DNA of 64,000 bases from Chlorokybus atmophyticus (taxonomy: Eukaryota > Plantae > Mesostigma and Chlorokybus algae), in the NCBI GenBank assembly GCA_009103225.1, contig RHPI01002402.1:963412-1027411 (forward strand), read 5' to 3'. How positions within the stretch are numbered: position 1 is the stretch's first letter; each line of letters begins with the position of its first letter. The position numbers were made by a program, and so were the translations under genes. Shown in pieces: positions 49,301 through 64,000 of this stretch. The notes beneath the pieces were generated by a model. The model did not search any database. It was not told where the DNA came from and saw only the letters and a list, made by a program, of their open reading frames with translations.

Positions 49301-52300
49301 GTGGTGACTCTGTACTGGTTGAAGGCTTCAACTTTGCAAAGAGCCAGTGGCTGAAGTGCGCACATTCATTTGTCAACAACTTGCCAAGCAGCAACACGAC
49401 CACAATTGTCACGGCCGTCAAGCTCACAGCTGCAGCTCTGCCTGCAGCGGAGAACGCCGATAATGAGTTCTTCATGTCGAGCATTGTGGGCTACGATGGT
49501 ATGAGCGCGGAGTGCGAGTCTGCTCCTGCAGATGCACCTGGCCAGGTGGTCCTGCAGGTGGTGAACCCAAAGTCCACTGACGACTTTGTGTCGCTCTCAT
49601 ATGCCGAGAAGGTGTTGGAATTCCAGGGCGACCGTACCACAACTTCCGCAGAGTTGATTGGTGGCTACGCCGACGAGGACGACACCCTCACGCTGACCTG
49701 CCCCGAAGGCCTGCGCATGGAGAGCCTGCAATTCGCCAGCTTTGGAAGACCAGCGAACAAGTGCAACAATGACGTGCGTATCAACTGCGACGCCTCGACC
49801 ACTGATGTACCATGCGACTTCACCGCGTTCAACATCAACCCACAATGCGACAGCAACAGCAGCACCGTGCACGAGATTGTGGAGGTGATGTGCATCGGCC
49901 AGAGCACCTGCAGCATCCCTGCGGTGGTGTCTCTGTTTGGCGACGCGTGCCCGCGCGACAAGAAGTGGCTCTCCGTTGCAATGCAGTGCACGGACAGGTG
50001 GGCGGCAATGGACTTTGTGGACTTCAAGAGCGTGCTCCCTGCGCTGAGTTCATCGGCGTACTCTTTCGGCGCGTGGGTTTATCCCTATGAGAACAGCCAG
50101 CTGCAGTCCGTTATTGCGTTCGGCAGCCTGGGCGACAACCACAATCGTGCCGTGCTGCAATGGAAGAGTTCTGGCCTTGATGATCTCATTGGCACCTTCT
50201 ACTACTACGATGACCACATCCACGACGTTGGCCTGAAGTACCCTGATGGAAGCGACAGATATGTTGCAACTGGGCAGTGGCATCATGTCTTTATCACAGG
50301 TAATGTGCATGCAATATTGGGTGTATATACACTGCATGCATGCTGATAACGTTTAAGCTGATACCAATCGTGTCTCACAGTCAATGAGACCAATGAAGGC
50401 ACACTATACATCAATGGAATGGCCACTTCAACGTTTGCAACAGTCTCCCGGCCGGACACGTCCGCCGACGGCACTCTATACATTGGCATGAGCCTTGATG
50501 ACGACCACTATCCGTCTGAGTACTTCTCAGGCCTTATCGATGAGGTAAGGAGCCATTCAACCACCTCATGGTTAACAACATCTACGTCACATGTACCTGA
50601 CAAGGAGGTTGTTGTGCGCAGGTCCGTGTTTACGATTACGCACTCACGGCAGAGGAGGTGATGTCCTTCGTGTGTGGCAGCGATGTCGCCGAGCCCGTAG
50701 GCCACCTGCGTTTCAATGACATTGATGAAACTCTGGGAATTGTATCCGGTGGTGGCGTGCTGGCGCAGTCGGAGTCTTCCAACTGGGACAACACCACCCT
50801 GAGCTTTAAGGGCACGGGGCTTAAGTCCGTCCACGCCGCCGGCACGTGGTTCGGTGTGCCATGGTTCCCCGCTGTGCCAATCAGCATCCAAGACACGTCC
50901 GCTACCTCAGACGTGTACCCGCAGACCTCCGGCGCGGTCAAGAACGGCACTGAGGTCACCATCATGGGCATCAACTTTGCGGGTACCGCATCGGTTCTGC
51001 TTAATGGTGAGGTGCTGGCGTCAACATGGACCTCCAATTCGGAAATGGTGGTCACGTTGCCTGCCGGCACAATGCCCGATGACCTGACTGTCATCAACTC
51101 GGCTATCTGCGGCGACCCCATCAACTCGCTCACGTACGAGCGTGAAGTCATCCTTGAGGATCTCGTGTACGGCCTTTGCGCTTACTACCCCTTCAACGGC
51201 GACGCCAAGGATGCTAGCGGTAACGGCAACCACGGCATGGCTGTTGAGGCAGTCCTTACAGAAGGTATGTAGCATTATGCATTCGTCTGAACACACTATG
51301 ACGGTTTGGGCTTATGTCATGCATCGTTGATGTGTGTTGCGCACAATTGCGCACAATTCTTACCTGCAATGTTGGAATGTGCAGACAAGGATGGACGGAG
51401 CAACAGCGCTTACAGGTTCCTCGACGACGTAGCGGCTGGTGTGTACATCACGCCGTGCGATGGTGCAGCCACAGTCAGCATGTGGGTGTACTTTGACGAC
51501 GTGGCCTTCCCGACCTACAGCGCCTGCGATGGATACGAGCAGGGTGCTTGCCAGGCAGGCAACGCCACCATCAACGGGGCTTGGAAGTTTGTTGCCGTCA
51601 CTGTTGATGCCACAGAGACCCGCTTGTACCTCAACGGCTACCAGATCAGCAACAGCTCTGCATACGCCGCTCCTGCCCTGGAGGCCTTGACCATGGGTGT
51701 CATTGGCCGCACGCTGCATGGCGCTGTCGACGAGGTGCGCATTTACAACCGCATCCTCAGCGAAGCTGAGATTGCAAAGATCCACTTCACTAATGACTAC
51801 GCTCTCGAGTTTGGTGCCGGCCAGTACGTGTCCATCGCACCGAGCGGGCCGACCCCTCAGGGAAGCAGCGGCCTCATCGCAGTCTACACCGGCGGTAATG
51901 CGCAGGTGACTGAGCTCATTACCGACATCAACGCCGAGTGGGGCCTTGCGGCGCCAGCTGGCATCAGCGTCCTCGACGCGTGGTCCGTGGAAATCACCGG
52001 CTGGGTGTTCGCGCCCACCACTGACACGTACAACTTCTCTGTGCGTGCCGATGACGCCGTTGTGCTCTCGGTCAGCGAAGTGCTGCTGGTCAATGACACC
52101 GCTTATCAGGGTGATGCCCGCGTGCTGTCTGGCAGCATTGAGCTGACCGGCCCTCAGTGGTACAACCTTTGGTTTGCTTACACGGACAAGACAGATATTG
52201 CCTCTTACCAGCTGCGCTGGTCGACGACGTCCGGCTCCATCGCCAATGAGACGGTGCCCAAGTACTACCTTCGCTCTGGTGCCGGGCCTTTCACGGTGTC

Positions 52301-55300
52301 TGCGTGGGTTTACCCGTACACTGTTGACGGCCACCAGACCATCCTTGGCCAGACTTTGGATAACAGCTACACTGGCTTTGGCTTCGGCATTGAGAATGGC
52401 GGCGTGTCCGTTGCTGTCTACACTGGCTGCTCTTGCGAGCGCGACACCAACGTCAAGTGCAACGCATACAGGACGCTGTCGAGCTGGAAGGCTGCTGTCG
52501 TGCCCAACATGTGGCAGTACATCACTGCCGTGTACGACGGGTCCTCTTGGGCCGTCTACATCGACGGCATCCTCAAGGACTGGACCAACTATGATTCGGT
52601 TGTCTACTACATGGGCAGCGGCCAAGACTTTATGCTTGGCCGTGAGAACTTCGGCAATTTGGCGGAGGGCGCGTTCTACTACACAGAGCCGTACGAGCGC
52701 GTCTTCCATGGCCTCATCCACTCCGTCAAGATGTACAATGTAGCCATGACCGATGTTGATGGCATCGCCGCTGGAATGAACTGCGCGCCGAAGGCAGCGG
52801 AGAACAACATGACTCTGTGGCTGAAGCTCGATGAAGGCCTGGGCACCGTTGTGCTAGACTCTAGCAATGCTGGTGTCTTTGCTGCTGGCGCCCTTCAAAT
52901 GAGCCCCAAGCCCGCTGCCTTTGAGTTCTGGGTCAACACCACTGTTGGCTGCGGCAACTGGACTGAAAACAACGATATGCATTCTGTCACAGGTAACTTT
53001 GCTCAAGTGTATCTCTTCCTATGTACTTGTAAGTTGTACTTGGTACGTGTGTTTGCATCTGCTAACAATTCATTCTCTCTCAGATGCTTCTATCAGCGAT
53101 GTGGTTGGCACAGCTCTTACCGAAGTGGTGGCTGGCGAGTGTGGCGTGTTTACGATTACGTCGAGGGATGCTTGCGGCAACAGGAGGAAGGTTGGTGGCG
53201 ACATGTATAAGGTGTCCTTGATCGGCCCTCTTCATCTGCACTCCAACTCGTTGGAGCTGGACGTTGAGGACCTCAATGATGGCACTTACTCGGTGACATT
53301 CAGCGCCACCATTAGCGGCTACTACTACATTGAGGTACATAGTCGCGGCTGTTGTCATGTATTTTTGCTCATCACAGGAAGCATGCAGTATTGACATATG
53401 TTGGTTGGCAGGTGGAGCTTGATGGTGACGCAGTCTACGCCGACAAGACTTTCATCCATCCCAATGTGGCTGACCCCTCTCAAACATACTTTTATGTGCC
53501 GAGCAACAACACATTAGGCGTGAACGGCATTGAGACGGCTTGGGCTGGTGTGCCTGTGTCTTTCATGGCCCAGGTGTGTATCTTTCTCAAGCTTTGAGGT
53601 TCTTCTACAGGTATCATGTGTAGTTGAAATTCTCACATGCCATACTGTCTTGCAGACTGTGGACGCATACGGAAACCTTCGCACAACTGGCGGTGACAGC
53701 GATTGGTCCGTGATCATCACTGGACCTTATGACTTCTCCGCGGACGTGGTCGACAACGATGACGGCACTTACACCTTCACGTATCTTTCCAAGATCAAGG
53801 GCCAGTACATGATGAATGCGACATTCTGCGGACAACCCATCTGCCAGGTAACAGTCAGCAGACTGCTCATGTGGCTGATGGTTCTTCCATTCATGATGCT
53901 GTTACATATGTGGTATACGCATGCAAGTGTCTGAGCTGCTGTTGCTTGCAGTACGGCGGCATGGCCTGCTGTGGAGGTACAAAGGCAGCACGCAGCGCGT
54001 GCACGCTGTCCATTCGGCCGGCGGGTGAGAGCTGCTTGTTCCCGCTGGTGGTGTCTGATGGCAGTGCCCTCAGCACCAGCTTCGATACCCCCTACGCGAC
54101 GGTTCCGGACAGCGATCTGCTGGACCTGGAGTCGCCGTTCACGGTGATGGCGTGGGTCTGGAAGCACACGCCTCCGGTGCCCTCACCACCACCTCCGTCT
54201 CCACCTCCGCCGTCTCCTCCCCCGCCTCCCCCACCGAGCCCTCCACCTCCCTCGCCACCGCCCAACCCGCCTCCTCCCAGCCCCTCCCCGCCTCCTCCAA
54301 GGCCGCCTCCCCCATCTCCACCTCCACCCTCACCCCCACCCCNNNNNNNNNNNNNNNNNNNNNNNNNNNNNNNNNNNNNNNNNNNNNNNNNNNNNNNNNN
54401 NNNNNNNNNNNNNNNNNNNNNNNNNNNNNNNNNNNNNNNNNNNNNNNNNNNNNNNNNNNNNNNNNNNNNNNNNNNNNNNNNNNNNNNNNNNNNNNNNNNN
54501 NNNNNNNNNNNNNNNNNNNNNNNNNNNNNNNNNNNNNNNNNNNNNNNNNNNNNNNNNNNNNNNNNNNNNNNNNNNNNNNNNNNNNNNNNNNNNNNNNNNN
54601 NNNNNNNNNNNNNNNNNNNNNNNNNNNNNNNNNNNNNNNNNNNNNNNNNNNNNNNNNNNNNNNNNNNNNNNNNNNNNNNNNNNNNNNNNNNNNNNNNNNN
54701 NNNNNNNNNNNNNNNCCCACCACATCCGTCACCACCCCCACCCTCGCCTCCACCTCCGTCACCTCCACCCCCCGAGGCTGGAGGCCGGAAGCTGCTTTCC
54801 CTGGACACGTTGCTCGACACGCCCTACGAGTACATCCTCTCCAAGCAGTCCGAGCACAGCAACAAGGGCTACTGGTTTGGCATGAAGCAGCTCCCGACCT
54901 GGGGCACGTTCAATGTGACTGTCGGCATCTACGTTGGTGCGGAGACTTTCCGCGTCCTCGACCAGGTCATTGACCTCGAGTACAACAGCTGGCTGCACCT
55001 CGCCGCCACGTACAACGGCACCGAGCTGCGCTTCTACATCAATGGCGTGTTGACGGCCAATGCCACATACGACTACCGTGAGGTCATGCTGCAGAAGCGT
55101 AACAACCAGCCGCTTCGCATTGGCAAGGGCTTCAACGGCTACGTCGATGAAGTGAAGCTCTTCAGCCGAGTGCTGTCCGCATCGCAGATTGACTATGCTG
55201 CCGCATGCACGTGCGACAAGGCCAGCCTCGCGAAGCAGGACAAGTCGTTAATTGCCTTCTACCGCTTTAACGATGCTACTGGTTACGTTGTTCGGGACTC

Positions 55301-58300
55301 GAGCCTGTCAGGCCACCACGGCATGATTGGCATGGAGTTCACAGAAGTCGATCAGGGCCACAACGCCCACATCACCTGCCCCGTGGGCACCACTGTCACC
55401 GACGTCCTGTACGCCAACTACGGCACCAACCAGGGCGTGGGCGGCGCGTACATGGTGGACGACTGCAGCAGCGAGAACTCTATGCTCGTGGTTCGCGCGG
55501 CCTGCCTTGGTGAGAACTCGTGCATGGTCACAGCCAGCAACGATGCCTTTGGCGGAAACCCCTGCACCCACGTCACCAAGAGTCTGGCCATCAGCGTCCT
55601 GTGCAGCTCCCCAAGCAAGAACCTGTGGGCCGTCGACCAAGCACCCTCCCTCATCGGCGTGCCAAAGGTTGGACCCAAGCCCTGGTGCCTTGATGGCCGA
55701 TGCAAGACCTGGAGCATCCGCAAGGCCGTGTCCGGAGAGCCAATCACCTTTGGCATGACCGGCATCGACAGCTGCGGGTTCAAGGAGATCTATGGCGGGC
55801 AGCCATACTCTGTCATGATGACCTACCCTGATGAACTTGTGACGGAGGTTGATGAGCAGCACACCTGCGTGCCCACATGGATAGCGGGCAGCACTTTGGA
55901 CGGCTCCTTCGCATGGACAGGAATGGACAAGTACAACCTTTCCATCACCCCAACCAAGGCCAGCTCCGCTGTGCTCGACATCATGCTCGACGCCAAGCGG
56001 GCCTTCTCGTACAAGCTGACCGTCCTGCCCGGCCCTGCCGCAGCTGAGACCAGCGCTGTGCTCGCCAGCCACGACAGGAGCATCCAGGCAGGTGTCTCCA
56101 CATCTATTGTTGTTCTACTGTTGGACGTCAACTCCAACCTCGTGCCCGTCAACAACGCTCTGTTGGAACGCTTGATGCTCGACGTTACTGGCGGCGACAG
56201 CGTGTACGGCGCGACGGGGGTTGGTGCTGAGACCAGCACTGCCGAGATGTTCCTGATGTTCCCTCAGTCTGGCGTCTACTCGGTGGACGTGAAGCTGTGC
56301 GATGAGGAGGACCACACCAGCTGCGAACTGATCGACCACTTGGTCTTCACCGTGTCTGCGTGGGTGCCGAGGGAGGTCGACAGTGTCACTCTGCCAGCCG
56401 AACGCTTCGAGCACTCCGCTGCTGTGGTTGGCTCTGAGGTGATCGTATTTGGCGGTGCTGGCAAGGATAAGTCCTACCTCGGTGAGACGTGGAAGCTCAA
56501 CTTGGGCGACATTAGCTGGGAAGAGTACTTTGCTTTCCGCGCCCCCGTGACAGTGTCTGGAGACATCGTCGCATCATCGTACAACCTAGAGGTTGCTGTG
56601 GACACGTTTTCGCTCATTGTGGCGGGCAACATGCGCTCCGACTGCGGTGACGTTCGTTTCGTCACCGCTGAAGGCACCTCGCTGCCATACTGGGTGGATC
56701 CTCTGCCCGGTTGCGGAGCAAGCAACACCGTCTTCTGGGTCAAGGTGGCCTCTGATGAGGACTTCTTCATGTACTATGGCTCGCAGACTTCCATGTCAAC
56801 CTCAACCGAGACCATCTTCGAGCTTTTTGAGGGCTTCGAGTACAACGCCAGCATCTTCAACAACCACTGGAGTCTGAAGGACGACTCTGCCTGCTCACCA
56901 GGCAGCATCAATGTTGGAAGTGAAGCTGCATTTGTTACTTCGGATGAGGTGGCGCTCCAGGGTACCCGCGCGCTGCGCGTTGACACACAGCTCTTGTCCG
57001 GAGGCTCCATCCAGCTGGACATCAGCAGCGCTATCGAGGACTTGCCGTCATACCGCTTCAAGGCATACCTGTACGATGGCAACTGTGCCGACGCCACTCA
57101 CTACATCAGTCCTGACGTTGACGGCAACGAGCAGTGCGACGTCGACAACAGCAAGCCTCGATTGCCAATGTACAACGCGCTCGGCCTGTACACGAGTGCC
57201 GCGCGCGACATGTATGCGATGTCTTACCCGTGGAGGTCGGCAGGCGCGCAACGTTCACCCGGCTGGCACAGCCTTGCTTTCTACAGCAACAACACGGCTC
57301 TGACCATGTATGTTGATGGCATGGCCGCAAGGCTCTCCAGCAGCAAGCCCAGCACTCTCAACGAGAACATCTTCATCCGTGGCGGCATGTTTGCCAACTT
57401 CTCGGAAGGCAACGCTTACTGGGATGCCATCATCGTCACGGAGTACCTGCCGGGTGTCAATGCGTCCGTGGATCTCACAGCAGCGGAGGCTGTCCTTTAC
57501 AACCCGTCGGCTACCGAGTGGGTTATGGTTGAGACAGATCACACGCCTCCAGCAAGGCAGGGACATAGCTCAGTCGTTTATGACTCCGCTGTGTACATCT
57601 TTGGTGGCGAGCGCAGCGCGTATGAGTACAATGACCTCTGGAAGTACTCCCATGAGAATGAGGTGAGTGATAGAACAAAGATACACATGCGTTGGTCTGT
57701 GAGACATTATTGATGATGATGAGGATGATGATGATGATGCTTTCCTAACATGCTTTTGTGTTGCAGGACTGGACCTTTGTGACGCTCATCACCAACACCA
57801 CACCTGCTGGAAGGCACGACCACAGCGCCGTTGCCTACAACGGCTCCATGTACGTGTTTGGCGGCCGCTCCCCGCAGCCGCTGGGAGACTTCTGGAAGTT
57901 CACTTTCAACAACGGCTCCTGGGACATGTTGACTTCACCCGAAATGGAGGGCCTGTCTGCGCGCTTTGGGCACTCTGCCGTTGTGGTCGAGGACAGCATG
58001 TACGTGTACGGCGGGTACAGCCAGATGGGTGGCTTGATGGCAGACATCTGGCAGTACAACTTCACCACGTCGATGTGGGCATCAGTTGAGCCCACAGTGA
58101 ACGGGACGAGTACATATGTTGATGACTCTGCAATCCTGTTGCCCGCAATAAACGTCCCCGAGGCCCGCTTTGCCCACACGGCCGGCGCCTACGGCGGCGC
58201 CATGTACATTGTTGGTGGCGCGGGCGGACTTCGCATGCGCACGGCATTTGATGACGTGTGGAAGTTTGACGTTGCATCGAAGCAATGGCAGCCTCTCTAC

Positions 58301-58471
58301 AACGAGACCGGCCTTGGTCGATACGACGCAGATGGTGGCGTGGTCGTGCTCGATGGAGGCGCGCCCTTCTTTGTTGTCTTTGGTGGCCACGGACACGGCA
58401 CATTCCACAAAGACACGCAAGCCTACTTCATTGGAGGCCAGAGTCACACCAGCAGCGCTTCATCGTCATAA
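40366..58471 (+). CDS. giant secreted multidomain glycan-binding protein (~20 exons, roughly 5,000 aa): LamG/pentraxin-like x~7, IPT/TIG, SUEL lectin x2, PA14, filamin-Ig x2, DUF2341, Kelch, extensin-like Pro-rich x4
   Basis: Signal peptide MASKALLLLLCTLSVAS|A (exon 40366-40417). LamG motifs (xWHY/F..., GLIDEVRIY); SUEL (~49680-49990 and ~55360-55605); PA14 (GWVFAPTTDTYNFSVRADD, ~51870-52270); filamin (VEDLNDGTYSVTF, DNDDGTYTFTY); DUF2341 (MRSDCGDVRF...LPYWV...VFWVKV); Kelch (RxxHS..YxFGG). Phases checked at several GT-AG junctions; stop at 58471. No C-terminal TM or GPI signal seen. Confidence 0.85.
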
Positions 58472-59717
58472 AGTCGCAATGCAATAACACAACATGGTGT
58501 TTCTCTCTCTCCCACGCTTAGCGTTTTACCTTGATGGCGGCGGAACACACACGTCTCTAAGGGTGTACGCGCGGTTTCGCATGCACGCCTTTATGCTCCC
58601 CCCGACATGCCAGCCATTCATGTGTAGTAGTATTCTTTTTATCCAATGTGCATAAGCCTGCATTCAGGCTCCGTTTGTGTCCGACCCTGCCCTCGGGAAC
58701 CGCCGTGCAACTGTGGATATCTTCTCAATGGCAAAAGTTTAACTGTGTTGCTTTCACCATTGCTGTTCGCTGATTTCATGCATACCTGTTGCTCCTTTAC
58801 ATCAGTCTCAACCGCAATGTTTGCGAATCAATGATGACAGCGGATGGAACTGCATGCGGAACATCTTGCCTTGGTCGCATACACAGACTTATCACTTTCA
58901 GAGCACTACTGTCCACGAGTTTGGCGCATGTTAGAACAGTAGTAGTAACAACACCCCTATAGGAGAACAGCAGCAGGTCAACAAGCATATCGCACACATG
59001 ATTCAGCGTGGTACCATCATCACGCAATGCTTGGCATTTTACTTAATGTTGGAATGGCGTTTTGTGCAATTGGCACAAGTGTATAGTGAGCATCAGTGAT
59101 ATCCATGCTTGCCTAGGTTGTTACGCGTTGACCCAACACGCGAGCATTAGTTGATAAACCCAATGAATGCAAAGGCATGAACAGGGCATACCGCGCTCAC
59201 CCAGCCTCCGGCATGCACATTTGAACCAAACACACAAACGGTTAATTTGTTCTCGCGTCCAATCAGCTACTTCAACCCTACCTAACATGACCAACGAAAA
59301 TGAATACGCCACGTACACAGCAGTCAGCTGTTTTTCCTGCAGCTGACTGTTTGCACTATACACAACGGTGTTACGCCATGAAAATTGCTACACACTATAA
59401 ACACTCCACCATGAACACAGTCACTGTACTAATACGGTAAACGACACGAATCCAACGCCAATGTATCCTACAGTATCCTACACTATCGCCCACTGCACGC
59501 ATGTGAGACATCTGCTGCGCTGCTGCGATGTCTTCACTGCTGCATGTGAGACCGTATGTACTCCTTCCGCACCCCTCCGCTTGATGAAGTCAGACTGGTG
59601 CGCAGTATTGTGTATGTCCCCACATTGGATGTGTACAACTTGTTGTTGTCTCCCCCAACGAATCCCTCACATCATATGGTACACATGTACTCCCGGGTGC
59701 TTCTTCTGCAAGGCTGC

Positions 59718-63170
<3,453 letters not shown>

Positions 63171-63635
63171 TACTCAAGACGCTTTCACACTGCTCTGGTA
63201 CGGTCTGTCTGCCTCACTGCGTGTGTGGTCTGGCTGTGTGTACTGCTACAACACCTCACTCACTCACGCTCACTCCCTTTCACACATCCATCAACCAAAC
63301 CAACAGGTGTGGACTATCAAGTAAAAAAGGGAGAGCAGAGATGGGTTTTCAAGCAGCGGCAATGGACACAGCTACAACGGCACACCAGCCTGGTGTCCAA
63401 CCAGGTTGGCAGATGCGGCACGAGACACCGCAACACAGGACACAAATGGAGCGCAATAGAGGGGGGAAATCCTACCAACTTCGCAACCGATAATCCAACC
63501 TCAACCCAAACAACACTACTGTATATCTTACTCTCTGTCTCCTCTCCGCCCCCTCAGATGCACAAACAGCTAAGAAGGGAGCGGGAATCAACAGGGGAGA
63601 AAGGTAGAGAGTGTGTAAGAGTGACACGCACAGAG

Positions 63636-63672
63636 AGAGGCCGCTGCAATGGGACGCATTGCAGCGGCCTCT
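63636..63672. other. perfect 16-bp hairpin with 5-nt loop
   Basis: AGAGGCCGCTGCAATG-GGACG-CATTGCAGCGGCCTCT. Confidence 0.9.
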
Positions 63673-64000
63673 TCTCTTGCAGAGCTTCTGATGTTTTTGT
63701 TGTTCTTGGCCTGTGCTGTGGGCCTGCATGCATCCAGAACAACGTTGTACTTCTTACTTGAAGCTAAAGGTTACCTGTATTAATATCTCTCTGACTTCTT
63801 CTTCTTCAGGCCAGCGCTGCCCAACTCAAGGCAGCTTTGACCGCATCGAGCATGGAGACACAGAAACTTTTTCAATTATATTATGGACTTTGCCCGTCCA
63901 TGGTCAGACAGCAACACAGGACAAGGGCATGCATTATCAAGAAGGTAACAGGGTATTGGGTCAGGCGGGCGGTTACGGCGCGGTGTAGTCCGAGGGGCGC

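Noticed and set aside
44533-56072. long antisense ORFs (44533-45444, 51360-52721, 55308-56072; also 16983-18257)
   Set aside because: Shadow frames of GC3-rich coding exons on the opposite strand.

Overview
Intron-rich eukaryotic nuclear DNA, inferred to be from a flagellated green alga: it carries IFT38 together with plant-type GRV2 and double-AP2 genes. From left to right: the 5' end of a NOC4-like gene (-) divergent from a glutaredoxin-DEP-DUF547 gene (+); RME-8/GRV2 (-) head-to-head with IFT38/CLUAP1 (+); a ~21-kb accessory island (18.4-39.6 kb); an ~18-kb gene for a giant secreted protein (~5,000 aa); and a two-domain AP2 transcription factor (-). The island holds a 471-bp TRIM mini-retrotransposon, four decayed spliced orphan genes arranged as two divergent pairs with related GTAC-rich palindromic promoters (one gene has a Tudor domain), a chromovirus-type Ty3/Gypsy element with an internal inversion and deletion, and a 53-bp tandem array. 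The giant protein contains LamG, IPT, SUEL-lectin, PA14, filamin, DUF2341 and Kelch modules. Its most striking feature is four extensin-like proline-rich segments, each ending in GGR(R/K)LL, inserted inside LamG domains. All domain calls are by eye from motifs, no searches were run, and there are five assembly gaps.
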